The notes under the pieces are model-generated. The model searched no databases. It worked only from the letters and a program-made list of their open reading frames with translations, and had not been told where the DNA came from. 64,000 nucleotides of DNA from Dehalococcoidia bacterium (GTDB lineage Bacteria > Chloroflexota > Dehalococcoidia > Lucifugimonadales > UBA3495): contig CBDCQN010000003.1 of assembly GCA_965220625.1 (NCBI GenBank), positions 1,402,764 through 1,466,763 on the forward strand, read 5' to 3'. A program made the position numbers and the translations under genes. Positions 1 to 10,000 of the stretch are shown here, one piece after another (within the stretch, counting starts at the first letter, position 1; every line of letters starts with the position of its first letter).

Positions 1-334
1 GTACTGCTTCCAGCAACTCTTCGTCGTCTATATCGTCTTCGCGTCGGAGGCTCTCTGCGCCAACCGGGCCGTGGAGCAGGACCGGGGCGCGGCGTTCCAG
101 CTTCCCCGCCGTGATGCCGGCGGCGACCGCCCGTCGCAGCAACTCCTCCCCTTTCATGGCCCGGGCAACATCGTGGCCCAACGCGGCCAGTTCAGTCCGC
201 TGGATGTCAACGTGATGGCGGGACGACAACTCGAAGGCGATGTCCCGGACCCGGTAGATATGGGCCTGCAGACCCTCGGGCAGTAAACCCACCCTGTCCT
301 GAAGACGCTGGAGGCAGACCCCCGAGGTGGTCAA
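1..334 (-). CDS. yqeK: HD-domain Ap4A hydrolase YqeK-like (3' end outside window)
   Basis: Not in the ORF track. Manual minus-strand translation from TTG at 334 gives ...LPEGLQAHIYRVRDIAFEL...AALGHDVARAMKGEELL...PVLLHGPVGAESL...DDEELLEAV, matching the YqeK H...HD...LLHG pattern. Confidence 0.8.
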   Translation of the reverse strand, partial: MTTSGVCLQRLQDRVGLLPEGLQAHIYRVRDIAFELSSRHHVDIQRTELAALGHDVARAMKGEELLRRAVAAGITAGKLERRAPVLLHGPVGAESLRREDDIDDEELLEAV

Positions 335-342
335 CGCGACCC

Positions 343-690
343 CTAGCCCATGTCGCCGAGCTTACGGCCGCCCAGCAGGTGGATGTGGGGATGCACGATC
401 TCTTGGCCGGAGTCGGCGCCCTGGTTGAGCACCAACCGGTAGCCGCTGAGGGTCACTCCCTCGCGGCGGGCCATCTCCTCCGCCACAACGAAGAGGTGGC
501 CCATGATGGGCACTTGGCCAGGGCCGACGTAGGCCAGGGAAGCGATGTGCATGTTGGGAATCACCAGCAGGTGCACCGGCGCTTTGGGATTGATGTCCCG
601 CACCACGAACGAGCGTTCGTCCCGGTAGATGGGCGCTTCGTGGGCCGGGTCCCGGGCCATGGTGCAAAAGATGCAGTTGCTGGTTGTCAT
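343..690 (-). CDS. Histidine triad (HIT/Hint) nucleotide-binding protein
   Basis: CIFC N-terminus, DINPKAPVHLLVIP, HPHIHLLGG triad. Confidence 0.92.
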   Translation of the reverse strand: MTTSNCIFCTMARDPAHEAPIYRDERSFVVRDINPKAPVHLLVIPNMHIASLAYVGPGQVPIMGHLFVVAEEMARREGVTLSGYRLVLNQGADSGQEIVHPHIHLLGGRKLGDMG

Positions 691-758
691 CGGCGGTCGT
701 CTCCCTGACCTCGCTCCCTGGCCGAGACCAGGAAGTTAATGAGGCGGCAGTTGATGGA

Positions 759-1892
759 TCAGGGGTTATCGATATTGGCGAGGGCCAACTCTTTGTGGTG
801 GTTGGCGTCCCCGTAGCTAAGCTCGTGCACCTTGGCGCGGCGTGTGTAAAGCTGCAGGTTATGTTCCTTGGTGAAACCGATGGCCCCGTGACACTGGTGG
901 GCGGTGGAGCAAACCCTGCGGTAGGCCTGGCTGACCCAGGCTTTGGCCATGGAGATCTCCCTCTGGGCCGGCAGGTCCTGGGCCAGCCGCCACGCCGCCT
1001 GGTAGGCGACGCCCCGGCAGCCCTCGACGTCGGTGGCCATCTCGGCGCAGTGGTGCTGCACTGCCTGGAAACTGCCCACAGCGCGTCCGAATTGGGTCCG
1101 TTGCTTGACGTACTCCACCGTCATGTCCAGCACCGCAGTTGCCCCGCCCAGCATCTCGATGCACCGTCCGGCCGTCGCCCGCTGCACCGCCCGTTCGGCC
1201 ACCGGCCAGCCCTCGCCGGCCCTGCCGAGTATCGAGCCCGGTACGGCGGCGTTCTCCAACCTGACCTCGAATTGCCGTTCGGAGCCGATGGTATTCACCG
1301 CTTCCACCGTTACGCCCGGCGTTCCGGCCGGGACCAAGAACAGGGTGATGCCTTGGGCCGCGTCGGCAGACGGCGACGTCCTGGCGGCCACGATAATAAT
1401 GTCAGCTACGTGGGCGTCGGGAACGAAAAGCTTGACCCCGTTCAACACGTAGCCGTCGCCCTGCCGTTCCGCAGTGGCCTCCACTCCCCACGGTTCGTAG
1501 GTGGCGCTGGCTTCGGTGAGGGCCAGCGTCATGAGCAGTGACCCATCGCAGATGCGGGTTACCAAGTCGGCCTTTTGTCCGTCGGAACCGCCGTCCATCA
1601 CGGTCATGCCGCCAAGCACGACGGTCGAGAAGTATGGCGCTGGCGCCAGCGCCCGGCCCATCTCTTCCAGCAGCACCGCCAGGTCAAGGAAATCGCCGCC
1701 CGTGCCGCCGTATTGTTCCGGGAACGGGACTCCGGTCCAGCCCAGATTAATCATTTGTCGCCAGAGGCCGTTCGGATACCCTCGCTCGTCCTCCTCCATC
1801 TCCCGGACCAAGGTGGCCGGGCATTCACGGGACAGGAACTCTAGGGCGCTGGTTTTCAGCATCTGCTGGATTTCGCTGAGACCGAGGTCCAT
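759..1892 (-). CDS. Acyl-CoA dehydrogenase family protein
   Basis: MDLGLSEIQQMLK start (ATG at 1892, GAGG upstream), ALTEA, LNGVKLFV, RTQFGRAVGSFQAVQH, HGAIGFT motifs. Confidence 0.92.
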   Translation of the reverse strand: MDLGLSEIQQMLKTSALEFLSRECPATLVREMEEDERGYPNGLWRQMINLGWTGVPFPEQYGGTGGDFLDLAVLLEEMGRALAPAPYFSTVVLGGMTVMDGGSDGQKADLVTRICDGSLLMTLALTEASATYEPWGVEATAERQGDGYVLNGVKLFVPDAHVADIIIVAARTSPSADAAQGITLFLVPAGTPGVTVEAVNTIGSERQFEVRLENAAVPGSILGRAGEGWPVAERAVQRATAGRCIEMLGGATAVLDMTVEYVKQRTQFGRAVGSFQAVQHHCAEMATDVEGCRGVAYQAAWRLAQDLPAQREISMAKAWVSQAYRRVCSTAHQCHGAIGFTKEHNLQLYTRRAKVHELSYGDANHHKELALANIDNP

Positions 1893-2180
1893 GGCGTTAG
1901 CCTCTTCGACAATTGAGTGGTAATGAGTCAAAGTCCGGCGGGTCGGGGAGCGCCGCTAGTATAGCCCATCGTTCCTACCGGCTCAATAATCATGGCTGGA
2001 ACTCAAACCCGGCGCAACCAATACTGAATTCTCACTCAGGGCAATCTCGCTTTGTATAATATATGGGTCGAGCCCACGATTTGACGCGGATCGAACAGCC
2101 CGGACAGAAAACAGCATTGAATTGCGCTAACTGCGGCAGCGAGACCTCTCAAGACGACAGATTTTGTAATGAATGCGGCA
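1647..2180. repeat. Copy 1 of a ~534-bp direct segmental duplication (copy 2 at 38455-38987)
   Basis: Direct comparison shows near identity from cagcgcccggcccatc to gaatgcggca, with scattered substitutions and one 1-nt indel. Confidence 0.92.
2117..2180 (+). pseudogene. N-terminal zinc-ribbon stub of the DUF2339 gene
   Basis: LNCANCGSETSQDDRFCNECG is near-identical to the start of the gene at 38924, then breaks off at the IS1182 remnant. Confidence 0.8.
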
Positions 2181-2321
2181 ACTCCTGCAGCGCCGCGGGC
2201 AGCAGCAACTGCTGGTTGGGATCGCAGGGAAGATAAGTCTTGCCCATTGACCGCCTCGCTCGTCTGATCTCCGTCCCATCATATTCCCAACGGCTCACCA
2301 ACCCTGTTGCTCGGACGAACT
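2181..2321 (-). mobile_element. IS1182-family remnant (left end plus first ~22 transposase codons)
   Basis: ATG at 2247 encodes MGKTYLPCDPNQQLLLPAALQE, a typical IS1182 transposase N-terminus. The putative end is next to CTAG at 2322-2325. Confidence 0.7.
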
Positions 2322-2657
2322 GCTAGGTTGAAGATGCTATGGCTACCGGGTGGCGGAAGGTGCCGCTGAAGAGGTGGACTGATGACTTGAACTACACACC
2401 ATTATTACCACCCTCCCCGGCTTCGCCATCACCGACGCCGAATGTCTGGTTCCAACGCGGGCAGTAGCTCCGCTAGTTTCCGCCGCATCGCCCGATCAGC
2501 CACTGTATAATCGCCGTGCCCTGGGTGGCGGGACCGGCCAAGGTGCCGCGATTCGCCGACTACCCGGGCGAAACGAACATTGGAGCCATGGCGCTGGTGC
2601 GAACCCTAATCCTGTCGGACATCCACGCCAACCTGGAGGCCCTGGAAACTGTGCTAG

Positions 2658-4036
2658 CAGGCTGCTGAAAAACCCGGCGTGGCCCGACAGCGGAGAGAGA
2701 AGAGGTTAAAATAGGACAACCCTGGACGCAACCCCTGGGCGGAGGTTGAGCCGATGCGCGGGAGACAAGATCCACAGGTGACCCTGCTGGCCTTCATTGA
2801 CTTGGAAACGCGGGTGCCATCGGACCATCCCCTGCGTGTTGTCAAGAGGCTGGCGGACCAAGCCCTGAAGGCGCTGTCCCCGGACTTGGACCGGATGTAC
2901 GCCAATGTGGGCCGGCCGTCGATCCCGCCGGAGCGGTTGCTGAAGTCTTCATTGCTGATTGCCCTGTACTCGGTGCGCAGTGAGCGGGCATTCTGTGAGC
3001 AGTTGGACTACAACCTCCTCTTCCGGTGGTTTCTGGATATGAACGTTATTGAACCCAGCTTCGATGCCACCACCTTCACCAAGAACCGGGAGCGGCTGCT
3101 CCGGCATGGAGTGGGCCAGGCTTTGTTCGGAGAAGTGGTGCTGGAAGCGGACCGGCAGGGCCTGCTGTCGGATGAGCACTTCACGGTGGATGGAACCCTG
3201 ATTGAGGCGGCAGCCAGCCTGAAGAGCTTCAAATCCAAGGAGGGCGACCCGCCCCGGACAACCGACGCTGACCCGGGCAACCCCTCGGTTGACTTCCATG
3301 GGGAACGGCGCGGCAATGCCACCCATCAGAGCACAACGGACCCGGAGGCCCGGTTGCTGCGCAAGGGTAAAGGCAAGGAAGCCAGGCTGGTCTTCATGGC
3401 CCACGCCTTGATGGAAAACCGGCATGGAATGCTGGTGGACTTTCAGACCACCCAAGCGACGGGCACGGCGGAGCGGGATATTGTGCCGGAGTTGTTGGGC
3501 CAAGCCCGGGAACGGGGCTTTCATCCCCAAACGCTGGGCGGGGACAAGGGCTACGACACCCGGGACTGCGTGGCAGACCTGCGCCGGCGCCGTGTGACGC
3601 CTCACGTCGCGCAGAACACCAAGGGGCGGTCCAGCGCCATTGACGGCCGGACCACCCGGCATCCGGGGTACGCGCTCAGCCAGCGGATTCGGAAACGGGT
3701 TGAGGAGATCTTTGGGTGGATGAAGACGGTGGGCGGGTTCCGGCGGACCCGTTACCGGGGACTGGACCGGACTGGTCTGGCGGGGCACTTGGTGGCCACG
3801 GCCTACAACTTGGTTCGGATGGCCAAGCTGCTGGGTCAGGCAACGACAACTCCGAAAGCCCGGATGGCATGACCTGACAATGGGCTAGCTATGCCCGGTG
3901 CCCCAAAAGGGCCGGTCCGCAAAAGCCGAAGGGGCTGAAAGTCCCGTGTGAACGGCACAATTCCCTCCAACAGGACCCAGGCTCCAACGACTTGAACCGT
4001 ATATTCCCGACCTGAACACATTTGTTCAGCAGCCTG
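2658..4036 (+). mobile_element. Complete IS5-family insertion sequence, 1379 bp
   Basis: Terminal IRs CAGGCTGCTGAAAAA and TTTGTTCAGCAGCCTG; 4-bp target duplication CTAG at 2654-2657 and 4037-4040; single transposase. Confidence 0.95.
2754..3872 (+). CDS. IS5-family DDE transposase
   Basis: GRPSIPPERLLK, SERAFCEQLDYNLLFRWF, VDGTLIEA, GDKGYD, RKRVEEIFGWMK. Confidence 0.95.
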   Translation: MRGRQDPQVTLLAFIDLETRVPSDHPLRVVKRLADQALKALSPDLDRMYANVGRPSIPPERLLKSSLLIALYSVRSERAFCEQLDYNLLFRWFLDMNVIEPSFDATTFTKNRERLLRHGVGQALFGEVVLEADRQGLLSDEHFTVDGTLIEAAASLKSFKSKEGDPPRTTDADPGNPSVDFHGERRGNATHQSTTDPEARLLRKGKGKEARLVFMAHALMENRHGMLVDFQTTQATGTAERDIVPELLGQARERGFHPQTLGGDKGYDTRDCVADLRRRRVTPHVAQNTKGRSSAIDGRTTRHPGYALSQRIRKRVEEIFGWMKTVGGFRRTRYRGLDRTGLAGHLVATAYNLVRMAKLLGQATTTPKARMA

Positions 4037-4751
4037 CTAGAGGACGCCGCCCTCCGAGGCGGTTTCGATCAGGTCTGGTGCCTGGGCGATTCCGTAGGCT
4101 ACGGCCCCGACCCCGGCCCCTGCCTGGAACTGCTCCGCAACCATGATCTGGTGGCCGTGGCCGGAAACCACGATCAGGCAGCGGCCGGGACGCGCGGCGT
4201 GGACGATTTCAACCCCGCCGCAGGGGCTGCAGCTCGATGGACTGCCCGGCAGCTTCCGGATAGCGACGCCGCGTTCCTCGCCGCACTGCCGCTGACCGAA
4301 AAGCGCGGACCCTTCACCCTCGTTCACGGCAGCCTGAGGCGTCCCACCGAGGAGTACCTGCTGGACAACGAGGCCGCCAGGGCCACCCTGGCCCTGTTGC
4401 GGGGTCGCTACTGTCTTGTGGGCCACTCCCATCTACCCTTTGTCTGCAGCGAAAACGGAGGCGACCCCCGGTTTGAATGGTTTACCAACGATAAGGCGTA
4501 CCGACTAACGGACGAACGCCTTATCCTCAACCCAGGCAGTGTCGGCCAGCCCCGGGACCGGAACCCGTGCGCCGGCTATGCCGTCTACGACGGTGCCCGG
4601 CAGACCGTGGAGTGGCGCCGGGTGAGATACGACATAGCGAAGACGCAACGGAAGATGCGAGACGCCGGACTTCCCGACAGCCTCATCGACCGTCTCGATC
4701 ACGGAATATGAACTGGTTTCCGTTGGCAGCGCCCACCAACGAACTCGGCTC

Positions 4752-4907
4752 GTCGTGCACGTTCACCCTGGTGGGAAGGCTTACGTGGTGGAATTCATGG
4801 CGCTGGATGGGGACACAATAGCCATTGCCACCGTTCTACCATCTCAGGCGCGGTCGGTGACCAGCCGAGACCTTACTCACACCCGCCACGTGGAGACTGC
4901 TGTTTGA
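4752..4907 (+). pseudogene. DUF4926-like protein, C-terminal fragment
   Basis: Manual translation VVHVHPGGKAYVVEFMALDGDTIAIATVLPSQARSVTSRDLTHTRHVETAV*; no start codon or N-terminus. Confidence 0.55.
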
Positions 4908-4987
4908 AAGCCATACATATCCTATACGTCTTAGACAACCAGAATCACCGCGCGACCGACCTCTCCGGCTGTATTCTGGCAGGGCAT

Positions 4988-5044
4988 AGCCTCAGGAAAG
5001 CTAACGACAGGGAGATAGCACGATATGAACGCGAACAGGCCTAG
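4988..5044 (+). pseudogene. BrnT-type toxin C-terminal remnant
   Basis: SLRKANDREIARYEREQA* overlaps the start of the BrnA-like gene. Confidence 0.5.
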
Positions 5045-5370
5045 GCTCGTGCGCAACACCCCCGAGGAAGAGGCAGAGATAGCCAAGCAGATCGCCGAAA
5101 ACCCCGACGAGGCGGAGTGGACCGACGAGGACTGGGCCAACTCCATGACCAGCGAACAACTATCCCCTGAGTTCGCCATGTGGGCTAAGGAAAGACAAGC
5201 CGCCCTCAAGGCCGGGCTGCTCGAGCATGTCACCATTCATCCTCGACCGTGACACCATCAACTGGTTCAAGGCCCAGACGGGCGAGGACGGAGACACCGG
5301 TGGAACAAAGTGGATGACTCTGGCGGAGAAGACGCTTCAAGAGCATGCCCGACGGGAAGCCAAGGTCTGA
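5025..5370 (+). pseudogene. BrnA-type antitoxin, frameshifted near 5240
   Basis: One extra base separates VTIH from LDRDTINWFKAQ...KWMTLAEKTLQEHARREAKV*, matching the BrnA VTlRLD...WFK pattern. Confidence 0.72.
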
Positions 5371-6120
5371 CAGAAAAGCAGACGACCGGCAGCGTCACTC
5401 TCCACCGAATGCACACCTGACTCCCCGAATTAAAACACATTCTGTACAATGAATCGGAATTAAAAAGGATTCATTGTGCAAAGCCTTGCGGTGGGTTGAA
5501 CTATCCGAAATGCGGGAAATCGGCGTCCCATCCCGTCCGGCTTTACAAGGAGCCACCACTGGCATAAGAACGACGGGAATCTGTTGAACGCTGAGACCCT
5601 GGCGGGTCAACCCTTGCTTCCTGTTCAGACTGACAGTAGGCTTCGCCGCGACCGTGAAGGTGGCGGTTCTGTGAATTTCCTCGTAGCTGCCACCGTTACC
5701 AGCACAGTTTCCGCCTGCCGCATGTCTCTGGCAAGACCCGCTCCATCTCCTGGCGCCCCTGCCAAAACGCAGGCCCGCTGTCTTCTTCTCAACTCTTTTC
5801 GCGCCCGAAACTCACTCAATGCGCTGGCCGGGCGGCGTGGCCCTCAAGAGCGACGACGCCGCGGCCCGCATGGACGCGCTGCTGGCACAGTTGCGCTATG
5901 GCCGGTAGGATGGAAGTACCATGCCGGATGTGTTGAGGGAAGGGCCCTACCGGGGCTTTGCACAATAATGTTTTTTTAATTCAGATTTATTGTGCAGGAT
6001 TTCTTGAAATTCATGAATCGTGTATGTAGGCGGGTCGAGGATTGTTTGGCCGACTGGCCGGGGTACCTGCCGGGGCCTCCGGTCAAGCCGGTAGGGGGCA
6101 GGCGGTTTCCGGGTACGCGG

Positions 6121-6992
6121 CTAAAACCTTCTCCGGCTTCTCCGGAACATCAGCATACCGGCCACTAACAGGCCGGCAACTGCCACTCCAGCCCCAAAGC
6201 CCGCGACAAACCAGACCACATTGGACATTATGGGGCTGGGCTCCTCGTCTTCAATCACTGGAATGGCCGGAGGCGGCGTTGGCATCGGCGTGGCCGTCGG
6301 CTCCGGCGTGGGTGTGGCGGTCGGTTCAGGTGTGGGCGTGAGTGTCGGCTCCGGGGTTGAAGTGGCCGTCGGCACGGGCGTGGGCGTAGGTTGCGGTGTG
6401 GGCGTGAGTGTCGGCTCCGGCGTGGGTGTGGGCGTGGCCGTCGGTTCAGGTGTGGGCGTCGGCTCGGGCGTGGCCGTTGGTTGCGGTGTTGGTGTGAGCG
6501 TCGGCTCCGGCGTGGGTGTGGGCGTGGCCGTCGGTCTCGGAGTGCGGGTGGGCCCTGGCGTCGGACGGGGGCCGACCCTGATTGTATCGGCGCCGCCTAC
6601 CATCCGTTCAACTTGGTTATGTCGGTCAGCGTCCCGAAAAATGTGTACGTGCCCTCTTGGCTGGGGGCGACCATGGTGTAGGTGACGCCGGTCTCACCGA
6701 GGAGTATGACGGTCAAAGTCTGGCCGCTGAAGGTTGCCGCGCTTCCCAGGTCCGAACCGACATACCGGAACCCAGGGGGCAGGGTCTCCACGATCTGCCC
6801 CAGACCGCCGAAGTTGGTGGCCCGGACTGTCACCCGCACCTGTCCCTCCGGCTCGACCCAGGGTGAAGAAAGGCTGCGCTGGGCGTCGGGCGTCTGCGCC
6901 TGTGCCGGTCCCGACAGCACCAGCGCCGCCAGGCCGAGCGCCACCCCCGATGCCGTCAGGACCGCCAGCACCTTCCTCAACACCCCTTTCAT
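6121..6992 (-). pseudogene. Secreted, C-terminally membrane-anchored Pro/Thr-stalk protein, split by a 1-nt frameshift near 6608
   Basis: ORF 6597-6992 has a signal peptide (AQA) and a beta-rich domain; ORF 6121-6603 has a PT stalk, a TM helix and an RRSRRRF tail. Adding one G (ttg [g]aa cgg atg gta) joins them as [18 protein letters not shown]. Confidence 0.75.
6280..6560 (-). repeat. Degenerate tandem repeats encoding a PTPTPEPT stalk
   Basis: [10 protein letters not shown] recurs three times among PTATP/PEPT units. Confidence 0.85.
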
Positions 6993-7045
6993 CTGCTATC
7001 CACGCTCCATTGCTATCCAGGCGTCACGGGTTCCTTGCGGCAAAA

Positions 7046-10000
7046 TCAGCCGATGAAGTATAGCCTGACTATCTTCAAGACGTCTTCCAGACTGATGAGT
7101 CCCGTGAAATAGTCCCTCACGGCTTCCAGGGCCTCGTCGAGATCTATGGACAGGCTGTTGTCCGCGTCGTATTCGAGGGCCCGGCTGTCGGCGAAGGCCG
7201 CAGGGGCCACGTTGACAGAGACGTACACCCGCTGCGGCGGGTTCCTGAACCCGGTCCCGGCGATGACCACCTGGGCCCGGTGACTGCCCGGTGACAGGTC
7301 CGACGCGTCCACGCTCACCATCAGGGACAGCCGGTTGCCGGGACCGGCGGAAAAGCCGGACACGGGAGCGACGGACAGCCAGGGGGCGCTTCCGGACACG
7401 TTGAAGTTCATGCGCCGTGATACGGGGCTCCACAGTTGCAGCGGCCGCGCCGGGGGATTCTCCCCTCCGGCGTAAGCGGTGAAGCGGAGGATTCGCGGCG
7501 ACACGCCGGCCAGCGGCAGGAGCACGGGCGCCGGGGACACGCCCCCACCGCCCCCACCGCCCCCACCGCCGCCGCCGCCGGTGGACGGCGGGGTAGCCGT
7601 CGTTTCCTCCCTTTCCTCCGGAGGAGGAGGCAGGGGCGGCGGAGGAGGGGGCGGCGGAACGTAGCCCGGCCTGCCAGTGCGTGACGGCGACCATTCGCCG
7701 TATTGACCGTTAACGTTGTTCATCGCCCTGACCTGCACCTCGTAGGTGGTGTCCTTTGTCAGGTTCTCGACGGTGTGGGAGCGGTCCGTTCCGCTGACAG
7801 TCTCGGGAATCCAACTTGCACTGCTATTCGACACCCGGAATTGCAGGTCGTAGCCGGTAATGGATGTGCCCGAGGGAGTGCGGGGGGTCGACCAAGTGAC
7901 GCGAAGGCTGGTGTCGGATGCCGAGGTTACTCCGGGCCTGCCGGGGGCGCAGGGCGGCTCGCCGGCGGTGCGGCACTCGTCCGTAACGGTGACGGTCACG
8001 GTTATTGTGGCCGTTTGACTGTCGGGAGCCGTGGCCGTGATCAACACCTCCGCTTCAGGTCCTGGTTGGGTCTCGTAGTCCAGTCCGGTGTCGCTGGTAA
8101 GCAGTTGGCCATTTGTGTCGTTGATGGTGAAGTAAGTGGTGTCGCCTCCTGTCAGGGAGTAGGTCAGATTGACGTTGTCGGGGTGGCTGGCCGTGAACCG
8201 AGAGCCGACATTCTGATTCTCGGCGGTGTTCTCCCGAATGCTGCGGGTGTCAGTGTCCGTGGGGAAGTAAGGTCGCAGCTCTACGGCTCTGGAAAACTCG
8301 TAAGTCTCCGTCTTGCCGGATCCCTCCCGGTCGCGGTAAATCGCGACCACTCGCAGTTCCTTGCCGTTGTCGTCCCTGGTGGGAGTGTAGGAACGGGACG
8401 TGGCCCCAGGAATAGGGCCCCAAGCGGTTCCTCCATCTGAAGAACTCTCCCACTTCCATTCGATCGATCCCACACCGCCGTCGGGGTCCTCCACCGTGGC
8501 CGTCAGCCTTTGGCCAACACGCGGCTCGCTGACCGGGACCTCCACCACGCCAGGCTCGTCCACGTTGCTGACGCGGACGGTGACGCTCAGGCGGTCGACG
8601 CTGGTGCCGGGACTCTGCTCCCGGGCCTCGATGGTGACCCGGTAGCTGTTCTTCTCCTCGTAGTCGGGAACGGCATTGAAGGTCAGAGTGCCGCCGGACA
8701 GGGTGAATGCGTCACTGTCGGTGCCGGTGAGGCCCCAGTCGATTCCAGTGTCGTCCGGGTCGGTGGCCGTGTAGGTCGCGACGTTGGTGCCACCGTTCTC
8801 GGCGACCTCCGGGTTGTTGGGACCGGAGATCTCCGGCGTCTCGTCCACGTCCTCGACGGTGATGGTTACGGGGACGGTGTCTGACCGATTGGAAGGGTCG
8901 CTGGCTGTGACTGTTACTGTGTGGGTGGCTTGGTCCTCGTGGTCGAGCGCGGCCTTGGTGCGTATCTGGCCGGTGGAGTCTACGATCTCGAAGTAGTCCG
9001 ATGCAGGGATGCTGTAGGTCAGCCGGTCGTTGGTTGGGTCGGTGGCCCGGACGGGCAGGCCGACACTTCGCCCCGCCGGTTGGTTCTCCCGGATGGTGCG
9101 GTTGTAGTCGCGGCCCATTGGAAACTCCGGCGGCTGGTTCTGCGGAGGCACTTCTTGAACCTGGTTGGAGCTGACGGCAACGGCGGATTTGCCGTCTCCG
9201 TGGCCGTCGTCATAGGAGGCGACGACGCGAAGGAATCTGCCTACGTCATCGGCCAGGGGCGTGTAGGTTGCGGATACGGCATTGGTGATGGCCGTACCCG
9301 AGCTGCCGCGGCTGGAGGCGCGGTACCATTGCCACGTTGTACCGGTGGGGATGTCATCGTCCTCCAGCGTGGCCGTCAGCGGCGTTTCGGCCTGGGGTTG
9401 CACCGTAGACAGGGTCACCGTTCCGGTTTCTTCAAGGTTCTGGATGTTGACCGTTACGGTCCTGGTCGCGCTATTGGTAATGTCTGTGGTGCCGGTGCCG
9501 ACCTTGGCCCTGACGGTGAAGCTGTAGCTGCTCCGTTCCTCGTAGTCCGGCGATTCCTCTAAGGTAACGACGCCGTTGCTGGCGAGGTTAAAGTCGTCGC
9601 TGTCCGTTCCGGTCAGCGACAAGGTGACCGTGGCGCCCTCGGGGTCGGTGGCGGCGTAGCGGGCGACCTGCCGGTTGGTAGCGGAGTTCTCCGGGAAGTC
9701 GTCAACGGGGTCCGGGCCGGTGATTTCCGGCGGTTCATCCACGTTCTGGACGATCACGTCGACGTGCAGCTCGCCCTGCTTGTTGTTGGAATCTGCCGTT
9801 TGCACGGTGATATCGTAGACGTTGTTGCGGCCCGAGTCCGCCGGGCGCTCGTAGTCCGGCGCATCCTTGAAGGTGAGCACGCCCGAGTTGCTGATATCGA
9901 AATCTCCTCTGTCAGCACCGGCCAAAGTCCACGTAACCTGATCGTCATTGCTGTTGCCCGGGGTCTCAGGGTCGTCGGCAGCGTAGTCTGCCACATCGCC

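Larger units (their letters stand above)
2588..4711 (+). pseudogene. Calcineurin-like metallophosphoesterase interrupted by IS5
   Basis: Removing the IS and one CTAG restores [45 protein letters not shown]...GNHD...VHGS...VGHSH...NPGSVGQPRD. Confidence 0.92.

Noticed and set aside
684-1541. Long ORFs opposite real genes (also 31650-32900, 43739-45271, 50454-51596, 52743-53891, 59770-60936, 14717-15529)
   Set aside because: Antisense shadows typical of high-GC coding DNA; no motifs.
2518-2575. Structured RNA or tRNA-like element upstream of the phosphoesterase
   Set aside because: An imperfect GC hairpin only; no cloverleaf, T-loop or riboswitch consensus that I can recognise.
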